64,000 nucleotides of DNA, from assembly GCA_934130375.1 (NCBI GenBank), contig CAKOXW010000001.1, positions 50,946 to 114,945 of the forward strand, read 5' to 3'. Position 1 is the first letter of the stretch, and every line of letters starts with the position of its first letter. Source of the DNA: an uncultured Bacilli bacterium (GTDB taxonomy: Bacteria > Bacillota_I > Bacilli_A > RF39 > UBA660). The notes under the pieces are model-generated. The model searched no databases, was not told where the DNA came from, and worked only from the letters and a program-made list of their open reading frames with translations. The translations under genes and the position numbers were made by a program. Below are positions 18,993 to 29,258 of the stretch, in pieces.

Positions 18993-20789
18993 ATGAAGTT
19001 ATTTAAGGAATTATGGAAAATAATATGTAATTTTATAAAACCTTACAAACTCGATGAGTCAATATTAAAAATGCCTAAAAATGTAAAAAAGATGGGTATA
19101 AAAATTGAAATATTATCTTTGTCATTGACAATATTTTCACTTGTTTTTGCATTTATTCTTAAGGTTACTAATATGATGATAGAACAAAAACTATTTTTAT
19201 TAGGTATTATTTTATATATGCTATATCGTGGTGAAAAAGTATTAAGGGATGCCTTTAATTTATATTCAGATACAGAATATGCTAAATATAATATGATATT
19301 TGAAGATGAATTAGTATTAAAGGGAACTAATATAATTGGTGTTACAAAAGATAGAGTTTTAAAATATGATGAAAATAGTAAAATATATCGCATAATGGAT
19401 AATGAAACTATTTTAAATACCATTAAAAAATATCTAGATAATTTATGGAGGCATCAAATAAAGCATCGATTTGATGTTATAGAAATAATAAGTATTTTAC
19501 TTATGGTTGCTACTGCTATTATCACAAACGATGCGATACCTAATAATATTTATATATCTCTAATTTTAATTTTTGGGTCTTTATCATTTGTAAGTTCAGC
19601 ATATATAAATTTAAATAGAGGTAATTATTATAAGAAAAATAGAGAATTTAATAATGAACAATCAATTATTGTAAATGATTTATTAAGAGTGCCAACTATT
19701 GTAAGTAAGGATTTAGATATGAGAATTGCTAGATTTAAAAAAACAGTAATAGATAGTAATAAAAATATTAAAGATTTTCATAAAAAAATGAACTTTACTA
19801 GAATGATTATGACTATAATTGAAACTTTAAGTCAATATGGAATTATTGTTTTTTATGTAATGAATGTAAAACTAGAAAATTTAACACTAGGAAGTATTGC
19901 ACAGATAACTGCAACATTAGCAATTGTGGAAACTGCTATTGGATATATGAGAAGATTTGTTAATGCTCTAGAAGACAATAACGATCGACTAGTGGCTCTT
20001 GAAAAAGAATCAGCTGATATGAAACTAATTTTAGAAATATATCACAATATAAATCAAAAAGAAGTTAATATAATTGTAGACAGTATCAATATTAAACCAT
20101 TTACTATTAAATATTTAAAAGGATCTAATAATGATATTCCATTCACTCTTAGATCGGATAAAGATATAAATATAAATAAAGGTGAAGTAATAGTGTTATA
20201 TGGACCCTCAGGAAGTGGCAAATCGACATTTATGAATATGCTTACTGAAAGAATTAAATTAGAAAAAAGCACTGATATTCCTACTACATCTAGATTTTTA
20301 ATGTATGATGATAAATTAAAATTTGGTAGTTTAAGTATATATGAAGAAATATTTTGTGATAGTGAAAATCCAGATTTGCTAAAAATGAAAAATATTCTTA
20401 AAAATCTACATTTATGGGAAGAAATAGAAGCTAATTCAAAAAATGTATGGCAATACATGAAAGAAAGAAAATTTGAACACTCATTATCTAATGGTCAAAA
20501 GCAAAGACTTATTTTAGCAAAACTATTATATTTTTTAGATGATAATATAGATGCCCTAATTTTAGATGAATGCACATCTGGATTGGATGATGATGATAAA
20601 AATCATATTGATGCATGTGATGTGCTTGAATATATTGTTAAATATTCAAACAAAGATAAAAAAAGAATAGTAATAATATCTACACATCAAAATATCGATA
20701 AATTCAAAGATAACATTAAAAATGAATATAAAATTAGAAATTTTAAATTTATAAAAGAAGATAATATCAATTATATAAAAGAGTTATAA
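18993..20789 (+). CDS. ABC transporter, fused permease/ATP-binding protein (exporter-type)
   Basis: N-terminal ~330 aa with multiple TM helices. Walker A GPSGSGKST, signature LSNGQKQR, Walker B ALILDECTSGLDD. Confidence 0.75.
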   Translation: MKLFKELWKIICNFIKPYKLDESILKMPKNVKKMGIKIEILSLSLTIFSLVFAFILKVTNMMIEQKLFLLGIILYMLYRGEKVLRDAFNLYSDTEYAKYNMIFEDELVLKGTNIIGVTKDRVLKYDENSKIYRIMDNETILNTIKKYLDNLWRHQIKHRFDVIEIISILLMVATAIITNDAIPNNIYISLILIFGSLSFVSSAYINLNRGNYYKKNREFNNEQSIIVNDLLRVPTIVSKDLDMRIARFKKTVIDSNKNIKDFHKKMNFTRMIMTIIETLSQYGIIVFYVMNVKLENLTLGSIAQITATLAIVETAIGYMRRFVNALEDNNDRLVALEKESADMKLILEIYHNINQKEVNIIVDSINIKPFTIKYLKGSNNDIPFTLRSDKDININKGEVIVLYGPSGSGKSTFMNMLTERIKLEKSTDIPTTSRFLMYDDKLKFGSLSIYEEIFCDSENPDLLKMKNILKNLHLWEEIEANSKNVWQYMKERKFEHSLSNGQKQRLILAKLLYFLDDNIDALILDECTSGLDDDDKNHIDACDVLEYIVKYSNKDKKRIVIISTHQNIDKFKDNIKNEYKIRNFKFIKEDNINYIKEL

Positions 20790-20793
20790 TAAT

Positions 20794-20820
20794 ACAAGTA
20801 TTGATGGAATAAATTTATAA
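20794..20820 (+). repeat. 27-bp direct repeat, copy 2
   Basis: See copy 1. Confidence 0.85.
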
Positions 20821-20836
20821 TTTTAAAGGAGATAAT

Positions 20837-20998
20837 GTGAAAATAACTGAAGGTATAGCAAAGAAAATATTAAATATATTAATATTAATTATGCTTATTT
20901 ATGCATCTTTTGGATGTATAATTATAAAAAATTATTTAATGGCATTTATGTGTATATTTTTATTTATAATATATTTCATAAAAACATTTAAAAAATAG
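20837..20998 (+). CDS. small two-helix membrane peptide (53 aa), not in ORF track
   Basis: AAAGGAG RBS 7 nt before GTG. VKITEGIAKKILNILILIMLIYASFGCIIIKNYLMAFMCIFLFIIYFIKTFKK*. Confidence 0.4.
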   Translation: MKITEGIAKKILNILILIMLIYASFGCIIIKNYLMAFMCIFLFIIYFIKTFKK

Positions 20999-21008
20999 GC
21001 ATATAATT

Positions 21009-21452
21009 ATGTCTTTTTTTGTGCATACTATTAATGGTGATATTATGAAAAAAATGATAATTATTACCTTGTTATTCTTATTTATATTTCTATATTATAT
21101 TAAAGATGAAATTGTTTATTCAAATACATATAACAATAAAGATTATGATACATATAACCTTAAAATAGATAATTGCAGTTTAAGTACTAATAATTTTATA
21201 AGTAAATTAGGATATCTTAATAACAAAGATTTTAGAATTTTAGAGATAGTACCAGAAGTTATTTATGAAAGAAAATATGAGTATTATTCTTCTAATTTAG
21301 AATTTGTATTAGATGATTTTAAAAATAAGTATGTAGATGAAATGATGGATGATAATAAGTATGCGAAAAATATATGTATAAAAGAAATTAAAATTGATAC
21401 TAATAAGGAAGTAATAAATAGTTTATCTAATTATATAGATTTTCATAATTAG
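21009..21452 (+). CDS. hypothetical secreted/membrane-anchored protein
   Basis: Signal-anchor MKKMIIITLLFLFIFLYYI (internal start 21045 is more likely). No motif. Confidence 0.4.
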   Translation: MSFFVHTINGDIMKKMIIITLLFLFIFLYYIKDEIVYSNTYNNKDYDTYNLKIDNCSLSTNNFISKLGYLNNKDFRILEIVPEVIYERKYEYYSSNLEFVLDDFKNKYVDEMMDDNKYAKNICIKEIKIDTNKEVINSLSNYIDFHN

Positions 21453-21497
21453 ACAATATATTTAAAATTAAAATTATATTATTTAATTGGTGATATT

Positions 21498-21950
21498 ATG
21501 AAAAAACTACTTACCTTGTTGTTCTTATCGATGTTTATAAGTATTATTTTGGGAAATTACATTTTTGCAAGTTACAAAAGTAATATGGAGCATATAATAG
21601 CGAGTTCTTCTTATGGAGATGTTTATATGATACTATATGGTAGCTATAACAATAAGTCTAAGGTTGAGAAATTGAAGATAGATAATTATATTTTGAAAAA
21701 AGAAGGCAATTTTTATAGAGTTTATGTTGGTGCGACTAGTAATTTAGATAATGCAGAGAGGATTAAGAATATATATCTAAAACAAGGTGTTAGTGTATAT
21801 ATAAGAAACGAGGCTAGTTACGACATTGATTTTGTTGATTATTTACAAAGTGTTGATAATTATACTGATAAAACAGATGAAGATATTTTAGAAATACAAA
21901 AGAATATAGTTAAGAAGTACAAGGATAAGTTTGAAAGTGGGGTTGAATAA
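21498..21950 (+). CDS. SPOR-domain membrane protein
   Basis: N-terminal TM. EGNFYRVYVGATSNLDNAERIKNIYLKQGVSVYIR matches the SPOR peptidoglycan-binding repeat. Confidence 0.6.
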   Translation: MKKLLTLLFLSMFISIILGNYIFASYKSNMEHIIASSSYGDVYMILYGSYNNKSKVEKLKIDNYILKKEGNFYRVYVGATSNLDNAERIKNIYLKQGVSVYIRNEASYDIDFVDYLQSVDNYTDKTDEDILEIQKNIVKKYKDKFESGVE

Positions 21951-21989
21951 ATAATAAATATTTGATATTATTTATTTGGAGGTATTGGT

Positions 21990-22631
21990 ATGATAAATCG
22001 TAAAGATATAATTGAAATAAGAGATTATTTGGCTAAGAATTTAGCGGATTATGATGGCATATTTAGTTTGTATGAATTAGGTATTGATAGTGAGTTAATT
22101 GATGAAATATTATTTAGAAAAAAAGAAGTAGCTGGTAGATTGATTTATAAAACCTTTGCATTACCAAAAGAAATTAACGCTAAAATAGATTTTAGACACA
22201 TTAATCTTTGGGAACTAGATGCAAAAGGTGTTGATTTTAGTGAATATAATAATATTTTAATATGTCCACAGACTGTACGTTTTCGTGATTTAACATTTTG
22301 CAAATTTAAAGGTGTTACATTTGGGGGAAAATTTGATAATGTTTCAATATATGGATCCGATTTTACAGGTTCTTATGGTGCAGTTATAAATCCTCAAAAA
22401 ATACTCGATAAGGACTTGAGAAAAGCAAGGTTATGTGATGTAGAAATAACTGGTTCTTTTGACCATGCTAAATTAGATGGTACTTCTTTTAAAGGTAGTA
22501 GGGGTGCTTCAATTGATTTAGATTTATGTAAATATAATAAAGATACAGATTTTACTGATGCTCATGTATTTAATGGAGAAAAAACTAAAGATGAGTTATT
22601 TGCTAAAATTAAATCTAAGTTAAAAAAATAA
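21990..22631 (+). CDS. pentapeptide-repeat protein
   Basis: Consecutive A(D/N)LxX-type pentads (…VDFSEYNNILICPQTVRFRDLTFCKFKGVTFGGKFDNVSIYGSDFTGS…). Confidence 0.5.
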   Translation: MINRKDIIEIRDYLAKNLADYDGIFSLYELGIDSELIDEILFRKKEVAGRLIYKTFALPKEINAKIDFRHINLWELDAKGVDFSEYNNILICPQTVRFRDLTFCKFKGVTFGGKFDNVSIYGSDFTGSYGAVINPQKILDKDLRKARLCDVEITGSFDHAKLDGTSFKGSRGASIDLDLCKYNKDTDFTDAHVFNGEKTKDELFAKIKSKLKK

Positions 22632-22738
22632 ATGATTTTGATTTTTTATCAAAATTTTTTTAATTTTTTAAGATACATACTTGCAATAAAAATTTATATG
22701 TGATAATATAACACGTAAAATAGAATTTGGGAGGTAGA

Positions 22739-23182
22739 ATGAGAGAATTTAAACATTTAGGAGCATATGGAATTATTATTGAGAAAGGAAATATATTACT
22801 TATCAAAAAGTTTGGTGGCCCATACGATGGTAAGTTGGATTTACCTGGTGGCACAATTGAATTTGGTGAAAGACCTAAAGATACTTTAAAAAGAGAATTG
22901 TTAGAAGAGGTTGGTATCGCTGCCGTTAAAATTGAGTTACAAGATGTTGATGCGGTTGCATTTGATTGGAACAATAATGGTGAGGAGTTTGTAGTGCATC
23001 ATATTGGGATATTTTATAATGTTTTAGATTATAAAAATGAGATACAAAGCATTGTTGAAGTAACAGAAATTAATGACGATTCGATGGGTGCGGAATTTTA
23101 TGAAATAGATAAATTGCGAAAAAAGGATTTATCAAATATTGCAATATTAGAATTGGAAAAGTTAGGTTATAATCTTAAGTGA
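22739..23182 (+). CDS. NUDIX hydrolase
   Basis: GGGAGG RBS. Nudix box GGTIEFGERPKDTLKRELLEEVGI. Confidence 0.85.
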   Translation: MREFKHLGAYGIIIEKGNILLIKKFGGPYDGKLDLPGGTIEFGERPKDTLKRELLEEVGIAAVKIELQDVDAVAFDWNNNGEEFVVHHIGIFYNVLDYKNEIQSIVEVTEINDDSMGAEFYEIDKLRKKDLSNIAILELEKLGYNLK

Positions 23183-23399
23183 TTAAATGTTTTGTAATTA
23201 GAATTTAGTTAATAGATAAAAGGTATTTGAAATTTGAATACCTTTTTGCATACAAGAAAGCATACAAGAAGAAAAAATATAGTGAATAGTTATTTTTTAT
23301 TGTGTCAAAGTCCAATTTGATTTTGGCATTTTTTTCTTTTTTTACCTTGTTTTATTTGGTAATTTTATATTTTGTGGTATACTTGTATTGGTGAATTAT

Positions 23400-25916
23400 A
23401 TGGAAGATGTTGTTAAAAAAATATATGAATATTCCTTAGAAGAGATTATGGGGGATAGATTTGGAAGGTATTCTAAGTACATTATTCAAGATAGAGCAAT
23501 ACCTGATGTTAGAGATGGATTAAAGCCTGTTCAAAGAAGAATACTTTATTCTATGTATAAAGAAAAGAATACTAGTGATAAGCCTTATAGAAAGAGTGCG
23601 AGAAGTGTTGGAGATATAATGGGTAAATTCCATCCACATGGTGATTCTTCTATTTATGATGCGATGGTAAGACTTTCTCAGTGGTGGAAGAATAATACAC
23701 CATTTATTGATATGCATGGTAACAATGGTTCAATTGATGGTGATAGTCCTGCCGCAATGCGTTATACTGAAGCAAGATTGTCTAAAATTGCTAATGAAAT
23801 GCTTAGAGATATAGATAAGGACACAGTTGTTTTCGCACCTAACTATGATGATTCGCTTCTTGAGCCAACTATATTACCAGCAAGGTTTCCAAACTTACTA
23901 GTAAATGGTTCAACAGGTATATCAGCTGGGTACGCAACTAATATACCTCCTCATAATTTATCTGAGGTAATTGATGCGACAATTTTTAGAATTGATAACC
24001 CAAATTGTAGGTTAGATACGATTATGAACATAATAAAGGGTCCTGACTTTCCAACTGGGGGAATAATAGAAGGTATCGATGGTATAAAAAGTGCTTATTC
24101 TACTGGTAAGGGGAAGTTAATTATAAAGTCTAAGGTAAGAGTTGAGAATAGTAAGGGTAAAAATCAAATAATAATTGATGAAATACCTTTTGAAGTAAAT
24201 AAGGCAATGCTTGTTAAGTCTATTGATGAAATTAGAGTTGATAAGAAGATAGATGGTATAAGTGAGGTTAGAGATGAATCTGATAGGGAAGGTATTAGAA
24301 TAGTTATTGATACTAAAAAGGAAGCTAATACTGATTTAATCCTTGCGTATCTTTATAAAAATACTGATTTACAAATATCATATGGAATTAATATGATTGG
24401 TATTGTTAATAGAAGACCTAAACTTTTAACCATTTTAGATGCGATTGATGCTTATATTGCGCACAAAAGAGAAGTTACTATAAAGAAAAATCAATTTGAT
24501 TTGGACCATGCTCTTGCAAGAATGCACATTGTAGAAGGCTTAATGAAGGCGATAAGTATATTAGATGAAGTTATTAAAACAATACGTGAAAGTAAAAATA
24601 GGGCTGATAGTGAGGCTAACTTAGTTAAAAAATATGACTTTACTGAAAAACAAGCAAAGGCTATTGTTGAACTTCAATTGTATAGACTTTCAAATACAGA
24701 TATAACTCTATTAGAAGAAGAAATGAAGAACCTAGAAATTATAATCGCAACTCTAAGGAGTATACTTGGAAGTGATGAAAAATTAAATGGATTTATGAAA
24801 GATGAATTAAGAAAAATTAAGAAAGAATATGGTTGTGATAGAAAGACTTTAATTAAAGAAGAAGTTGAAGAGATTAATATTGATCCTGCTAGTTTGATAC
24901 CAAGGGAAGATGTAGTGGTTGTAGTTACTAAAAATGGATATGTTAAAAGAGTATCTAATAGAAGTTATTCATCTTCTGATGGTCAAACTCTATTAAAAGA
25001 AGGAGATTATGTAATTGGTTTATATAATATAAATACAATTAATACTATATTGCTATTTACTAATTTAGGTAATTACTTATATGTTCCGGTTAATGATATT
25101 CCAGATACTAAGTGGAAAGATTTGGGCAAACATATAAGCAATATAATTCCAATTAAAGAAGGTGAAGAGGTAGTATCTTCTATGCCAGTTTATGATTTTG
25201 ATAAAGAAATATATATTACTACATTTACTAAAAATGGTATGGTAAAAAGGTCTTTATTAAAAGATTATAAATTATCAAGATATTCTAAACCTGTTTGTAA
25301 TATCAAATTAAAAGATGATGATATAGTTGTAGATGTTTCTTATGATAATTATTCATATGCTCTAGTTACAACTAATACAGGATATAGTCTTATGTTTAAT
25401 GCATCTGAGATACCAGTTACTCAAGTTAAATCTGGTGGTGTTAAGTCAATTAAATTAAAAGATGACTTTGTCGTATCTGGTTGCATGCTTGATGATAATT
25501 ACGAATATGTACTTGTTGTAACTAATAAAGGTACAATGAAGAGACTAAAATTAACTGATATAGAAATATCTAATAGAGCAAAAAGAGGGCAAATAATTTT
25601 AAGAGAAGTTAAGACTAACCCTCATAGAATTGTAAAAGTATTAAAGTTAACAGGTAAAGAAGATGTGCTTATTAAGAATAACAATGATATTGATATTGTA
25701 AAATCAACAAGTATTCCAATAATGGATAGATATTCAACTGGTTCATCAGTTGCTAAGTCAATAATGGATGCTTATATTGATACTAAGATAGAAGATGAAA
25801 GTATATACGAAATAAAAGAAAAGAAAGTTGAGCATGTAAAAAAAGAAGATATATCTCTTAGTGATATAGATAAAAAAATATTGACAATTGATGATATGTT
25901 AAAAGAAATGAAGTAA
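23400..25916 (+). CDS. parC: DNA topoisomerase IV subunit A
   Basis: EEIMGDRFGRYSKYIIQDRAIPDVRDGLKPVQRRILYSM and GKFHPHGDSSIYDAMVRLSQWWK are ParC-type (the GyrA QRDR reads GDSAVYD…). No gyrB/parE lies adjacent. Confidence 0.8.
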   Translation: MEDVVKKIYEYSLEEIMGDRFGRYSKYIIQDRAIPDVRDGLKPVQRRILYSMYKEKNTSDKPYRKSARSVGDIMGKFHPHGDSSIYDAMVRLSQWWKNNTPFIDMHGNNGSIDGDSPAAMRYTEARLSKIANEMLRDIDKDTVVFAPNYDDSLLEPTILPARFPNLLVNGSTGISAGYATNIPPHNLSEVIDATIFRIDNPNCRLDTIMNIIKGPDFPTGGIIEGIDGIKSAYSTGKGKLIIKSKVRVENSKGKNQIIIDEIPFEVNKAMLVKSIDEIRVDKKIDGISEVRDESDREGIRIVIDTKKEANTDLILAYLYKNTDLQISYGINMIGIVNRRPKLLTILDAIDAYIAHKREVTIKKNQFDLDHALARMHIVEGLMKAISILDEVIKTIRESKNRADSEANLVKKYDFTEKQAKAIVELQLYRLSNTDITLLEEEMKNLEIIIATLRSILGSDEKLNGFMKDELRKIKKEYGCDRKTLIKEEVEEINIDPASLIPREDVVVVVTKNGYVKRVSNRSYSSSDGQTLLKEGDYVIGLYNINTINTILLFTNLGNYLYVPVNDIPDTKWKDLGKHISNIIPIKEGEEVVSSMPVYDFDKEIYITTFTKNGMVKRSLLKDYKLSRYSKPVCNIKLKDDDIVVDVSYDNYSYALVTTNTGYSLMFNASEIPVTQVKSGGVKSIKLKDDFVVSGCMLDDNYEYVLVVTNKGTMKRLKLTDIEISNRAKRGQIILREVKTNPHRIVKVLKLTGKEDVLIKNNNDIDIVKSTSIPIMDRYSTGSSVAKSIMDAYIDTKIEDESIYEIKEKKVEHVKKEDISLSDIDKKILTIDDMLKEMK

Positions 25917-25944
25917 AAAAATAGTATTTTATTCATATAATGAA

Positions 25945-26286
25945 ATGGGTGATTATATGGATAAAAAAGAAGAATTTAAGTTATTTGTAAGAAAATACCC
26001 ATCTTTTGCAACTTATGTTAAAAATAAATCAACAACATGGCAAGATTTGTATGAACTTTGGGATATGTATGGTGATGATGATAATGTATTTAAGATGTAT
26101 AAAACGACTACTAATGATGATTTAAGTTCTGTAGTTACTAGTATTAAAAATTTGAATATGGATACAGTTAAGAAGAATTTAAATAATATTGAAAAAGGTA
26201 TAAAATTATTACAAGATTTTGTTAAGAAAGATGATGTCGTACCTACTTATGAACCAAGGCCTATATTTAAAAGGTTTGAAGATTAA
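25945..26286 (+). CDS. YlbD-like protein
   Basis: FKLFVRKYPSFATYVKNKSTTWQDLYELWDMYGDDD resembles the Bacillus YlbD family. Its position upstream of rsmD fits the ylb synteny. Confidence 0.45.
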   Translation: MGDYMDKKEEFKLFVRKYPSFATYVKNKSTTWQDLYELWDMYGDDDNVFKMYKTTTNDDLSSVVTSIKNLNMDTVKKNLNNIEKGIKLLQDFVKKDDVVPTYEPRPIFKRFED

Positions 26287-26507
26287 TGGATTTTATTACA
26301 CAAAAGAGAATATTTGAAAATCCAATGCTCCATAGGTTCTTAAGAGAAAACTCATATTGGTATAAAATACTTAATAGAGACCCAGATAAAATTAATGATA
26401 TGATTAAAGATATGAAAGATAAATATAAATTAAATACAAGTGATAAAATAGAAAGATTTGGTGAGAAATTAACTTTTGTAGAATCAATACTTGATGTGCT
26501 TAAGTGA
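26286..26507 (+). CDS. YlbE-like protein
   Basis: ENPMLHRFLRENSYWYKILNRDPDKINDM pattern. Coupled start. Confidence 0.4.
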   Translation: MDFITQKRIFENPMLHRFLRENSYWYKILNRDPDKINDMIKDMKDKYKLNTSDKIERFGEKLTFVESILDVLK

Positions 26508-26743
26508 TAATTATGGATAAAATATTAGATTTAGAAGAAGAATTAATTGATTTATTTAATAAGCAAGATTTTACTTGTAAATTAAGAGATCTAAGAAAAA
26601 TTATTAAAGAAAATAATTTGACTGATACAAACAATGATATTGTACGAAATTATATAAGATGCGCTAATGAATTAGATTTGTATATATATTATTTTAATCA
26701 AAAAATAAATAAATTAATTGATAATAGAGAGTGTGGATTATGA
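26504..26743 (+). CDS. hypothetical protein (79 aa)
   Basis: Overlapping start and stop with neighbours. No motif. Confidence 0.35.
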   Translation: MIIMDKILDLEEELIDLFNKQDFTCKLRDLRKIIKENNLTDTNNDIVRNYIRCANELDLYIYYFNQKINKLIDNRECGL

Positions 26744-27285
26744 GAGTAATTAGTGGTAAACATAAAAGATGTGAACTTATTGGGTACAATATAGATGGAG
26801 TTAGACCTACTATGGACAAGGTACGTGAATCCATTTTTGCAATGATAAATCCATATTTAGATGGCTCTATTTGTCTTGACTTATTTTCAGGGACTGGTGC
26901 TATGGGTATAGAGGCTTTATCTGAAAATGCAAGGTATTGTTATTTTGTAGATTGTAATAAATATGCTATAGAAGTAACTAATAAGAATATTGATAAGGTG
27001 TGCGAAAATAGTAAGTCTAAGGTTATGTGTATGGATTATTTAAAATCTTTACAATATTTTAGTAAACTTGGTATTAAATATGATATTATATTTATTGATC
27101 CTCCATATGGTAAAATAAAGATAAAAGATGTTATTGATAATATATTAAAATATGACATATTAAATGATAATGGTATATTAGTATGTGAATATGAGGATGA
27201 AGATTTAAGTGATGACTATATGGGTTTATCTTTAATAAAAGATAGGCGTTATGGTAGAGTGTTTATAAAAATATATAAAAAGTAG
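26740..27285 (+). CDS. rsmD: 16S rRNA (guanine966-N2)-methyltransferase RsmD
   Basis: MRVISGKHKRCEL…VRPTMDKVRESIFAM…DLFSGTGAMGIEALS…FIDPPY. Confidence 0.85.
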   Translation: MRVISGKHKRCELIGYNIDGVRPTMDKVRESIFAMINPYLDGSICLDLFSGTGAMGIEALSENARYCYFVDCNKYAIEVTNKNIDKVCENSKSKVMCMDYLKSLQYFSKLGIKYDIIFIDPPYGKIKIKDVIDNILKYDILNDNGILVCEYEDEDLSDDYMGLSLIKDRRYGRVFIKIYKK

Positions 27286-27294
27286 GTGATGAGC

Positions 27295-28353
27295 ATGAGA
27301 GTAATCATTTCAGCAGGAGGTACTGGAGGACATATTTATCCAGCATTATCAATTTGTGATGCATTAAAAAAATTAGATCCATTTGTTGAAATATTATATA
27401 TTGGTACAACTGATAGGATGGAAGGAGATATAGTTCCTAGGCATAGAATTAATTTCTATGGTATTAAAGCAAGGGGACTTGATAGAAAGTTTTCTCTTAA
27501 GAATATTAAATCATTATATTATTTAGTGTCTTCTTATATAGAAACAAGGAGTGTTATTAAGAAATTTATGCCTGATATAGTAATTGGTGTTGGAGGATAT
27601 GTTACCGCACCAGTTATTATGGCTGCGCATTCTATGAAAGTTAAGACTTTAATTCATGAACAAAATAGTGTTTTAGGGCTTACTAATAGGTTTTTATCTA
27701 AGTATGTAGATTGTGTATGTACTTCTTTTAAAGATACTGTAGTAGATGCGAAAAAAGTAATTTATACAGGCAATCCATGTAGTGAGTATGTAAAGTATAA
27801 TTTTAGTAAAAGGGAACTAGATCTTACTCCTTCTAAAAAACTAGTACTTATTGTAATGGGTTCACTTGGTTCACAAACAGTTGCTAATCACTTAAAAAAT
27901 ATATTACCTAAATTTAATGATAAGGACTATGAAGTTTTAGTGGTGTCAGGTAACAATTATTATGAATATTTTAAGGATTTGCAGTATAAGGATGTCAAGG
28001 TAGTGCCTTTTATTGATAATATAAAGAAAATATTTGATAAAGTTGATATAATGGTTACAAGAGCAGGAGCAACAACTATTAGTGAGATAATATCTTATAA
28101 AGTACCTTCTATATTGGTGCCTTCTCCTTATGTAACTGATAATCATCAATTTAAAAATGCTGATACTTTAGTTAAGAATAATGCAGGTTTATTATTAGAA
28201 GAAGATAATTTAGAAAGTAGTTTAGTTAGTACTATAGATAGTTTAATAGTCGATAGTGAAAAAATATTAAGTATAAAAAATAACTTAAAGAAAATGCAAA
28301 TTAAAAATAGTAGTTTATCTATTGCTAAGATAATAAATGAGATGGTGAAATAA
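27295..28353 (+). CDS. murG: undecaprenyldiphospho-muramoylpentapeptide beta-N-acetylglucosaminyltransferase MurG
   Basis: MRVIISAGGTGGHIYPALSI and a C-terminal GT28 domain. Confidence 0.9.
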   Translation: MRVIISAGGTGGHIYPALSICDALKKLDPFVEILYIGTTDRMEGDIVPRHRINFYGIKARGLDRKFSLKNIKSLYYLVSSYIETRSVIKKFMPDIVIGVGGYVTAPVIMAAHSMKVKTLIHEQNSVLGLTNRFLSKYVDCVCTSFKDTVVDAKKVIYTGNPCSEYVKYNFSKRELDLTPSKKLVLIVMGSLGSQTVANHLKNILPKFNDKDYEVLVVSGNNYYEYFKDLQYKDVKVVPFIDNIKKIFDKVDIMVTRAGATTISEIISYKVPSILVPSPYVTDNHQFKNADTLVKNNAGLLLEEDNLESSLVSTIDSLIVDSEKILSIKNNLKKMQIKNSSLSIAKIINEMVK

Positions 28354-29255
28354 TGAATATAGTAAAGTCTATTGAAAAATTAAAAATTGGTAAGGTAGAG
28401 AAAAATGTCTCTTTGAAGAAATATACAACTTATAGAGCAGGTGGTACCGCTAAGGTTATTGTTAGTCCTAAGAGTATAGATAAGTTACTTGAGTTATTAA
28501 AGTTATTAAAAGATAATAATGTAGAGTATAAGATTTTAGGAAATGGTTCTAATCTAATATTTAATGATTGTGTTTATGAGCCAGTATTAATTAAGTTAAA
28601 TGATATTAATCATTGTGATATTAACAACAATGTTATTACTGTTGGAGCAGGATATAGTTTAATATCTCTTGCTATGAAAGTATCTAGATTAGGGCTTACT
28701 GGTATGGAATTCGCAACAGGTATACCTGGTACGGTAGGTGGAGCGGTTTATATGAATGCTGGTGCTTATAAATCTGATATGGGGTACATTGTAACTGAGG
28801 TTAAAGCAATAAATGAAAATTTGGAGATAGTTACTCTTTATAATAAAGATTTAAAATTTAAATATAGAAGTTCATTTTTTCAAACTCATAAAAATTATAT
28901 ATGTATTGAAGCAACTATTAAATTAAAATATGGTAGTAAGAAATTAATAAAAGAGGTAATAGAAGATAGAAGACAAAAAAGAATTTCTACTCAACCTCTT
29001 GAATATCCTTCAGCTGGTTCTGTATTTAGAAATCCAGAAAATGATTATGCTTGGAGGCTTATAAATGTATGTGGCTTAAAAGGATATAAAATCGGTGGTG
29101 CAATGGTTAGTGAGAAACATGCTAACTTCATAATAAATGTTGGAAATGCTAAAGGAGAAGATATTAGAAATTTAATATTGTATGTAAAAGATACAGTAAA
29201 AAAAGAAACAGGGGTAGATTTAAAAGTTGAGCAAGAATTTGTAAATTGGGAGTAA
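28353..29255 (+). CDS. murB: UDP-N-acetylenolpyruvoylglucosamine reductase MurB
   Basis: KKYTTYRAGGTAKV…FAD-binding…RNPENDYAWRLI. Confidence 0.9.
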   Translation: MNIVKSIEKLKIGKVEKNVSLKKYTTYRAGGTAKVIVSPKSIDKLLELLKLLKDNNVEYKILGNGSNLIFNDCVYEPVLIKLNDINHCDINNNVITVGAGYSLISLAMKVSRLGLTGMEFATGIPGTVGGAVYMNAGAYKSDMGYIVTEVKAINENLEIVTLYNKDLKFKYRSSFFQTHKNYICIEATIKLKYGSKKLIKEVIEDRRQKRISTQPLEYPSAGSVFRNPENDYAWRLINVCGLKGYKIGGAMVSEKHANFIINVGNAKGEDIRNLILYVKDTVKKETGVDLKVEQEFVNWE

Positions 29256-29258
29256 TAT

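Noticed and set aside
13209-20458. Short antisense or nested track ORFs (13209-13442+, 17098-17412-, 19043-19423-, 20054-20458-, 23520-23717-, 27946-28149-, 32726-32947-, 34150-34368-, 37812-38009-, 39773-40018-, 44559-44867-, 45829-46014-, 48050-48238-, 54347-54529-, 5945-6148-)
   Set aside because: All lie inside or opposite well-supported conserved genes and have AT-rich low-complexity translations.
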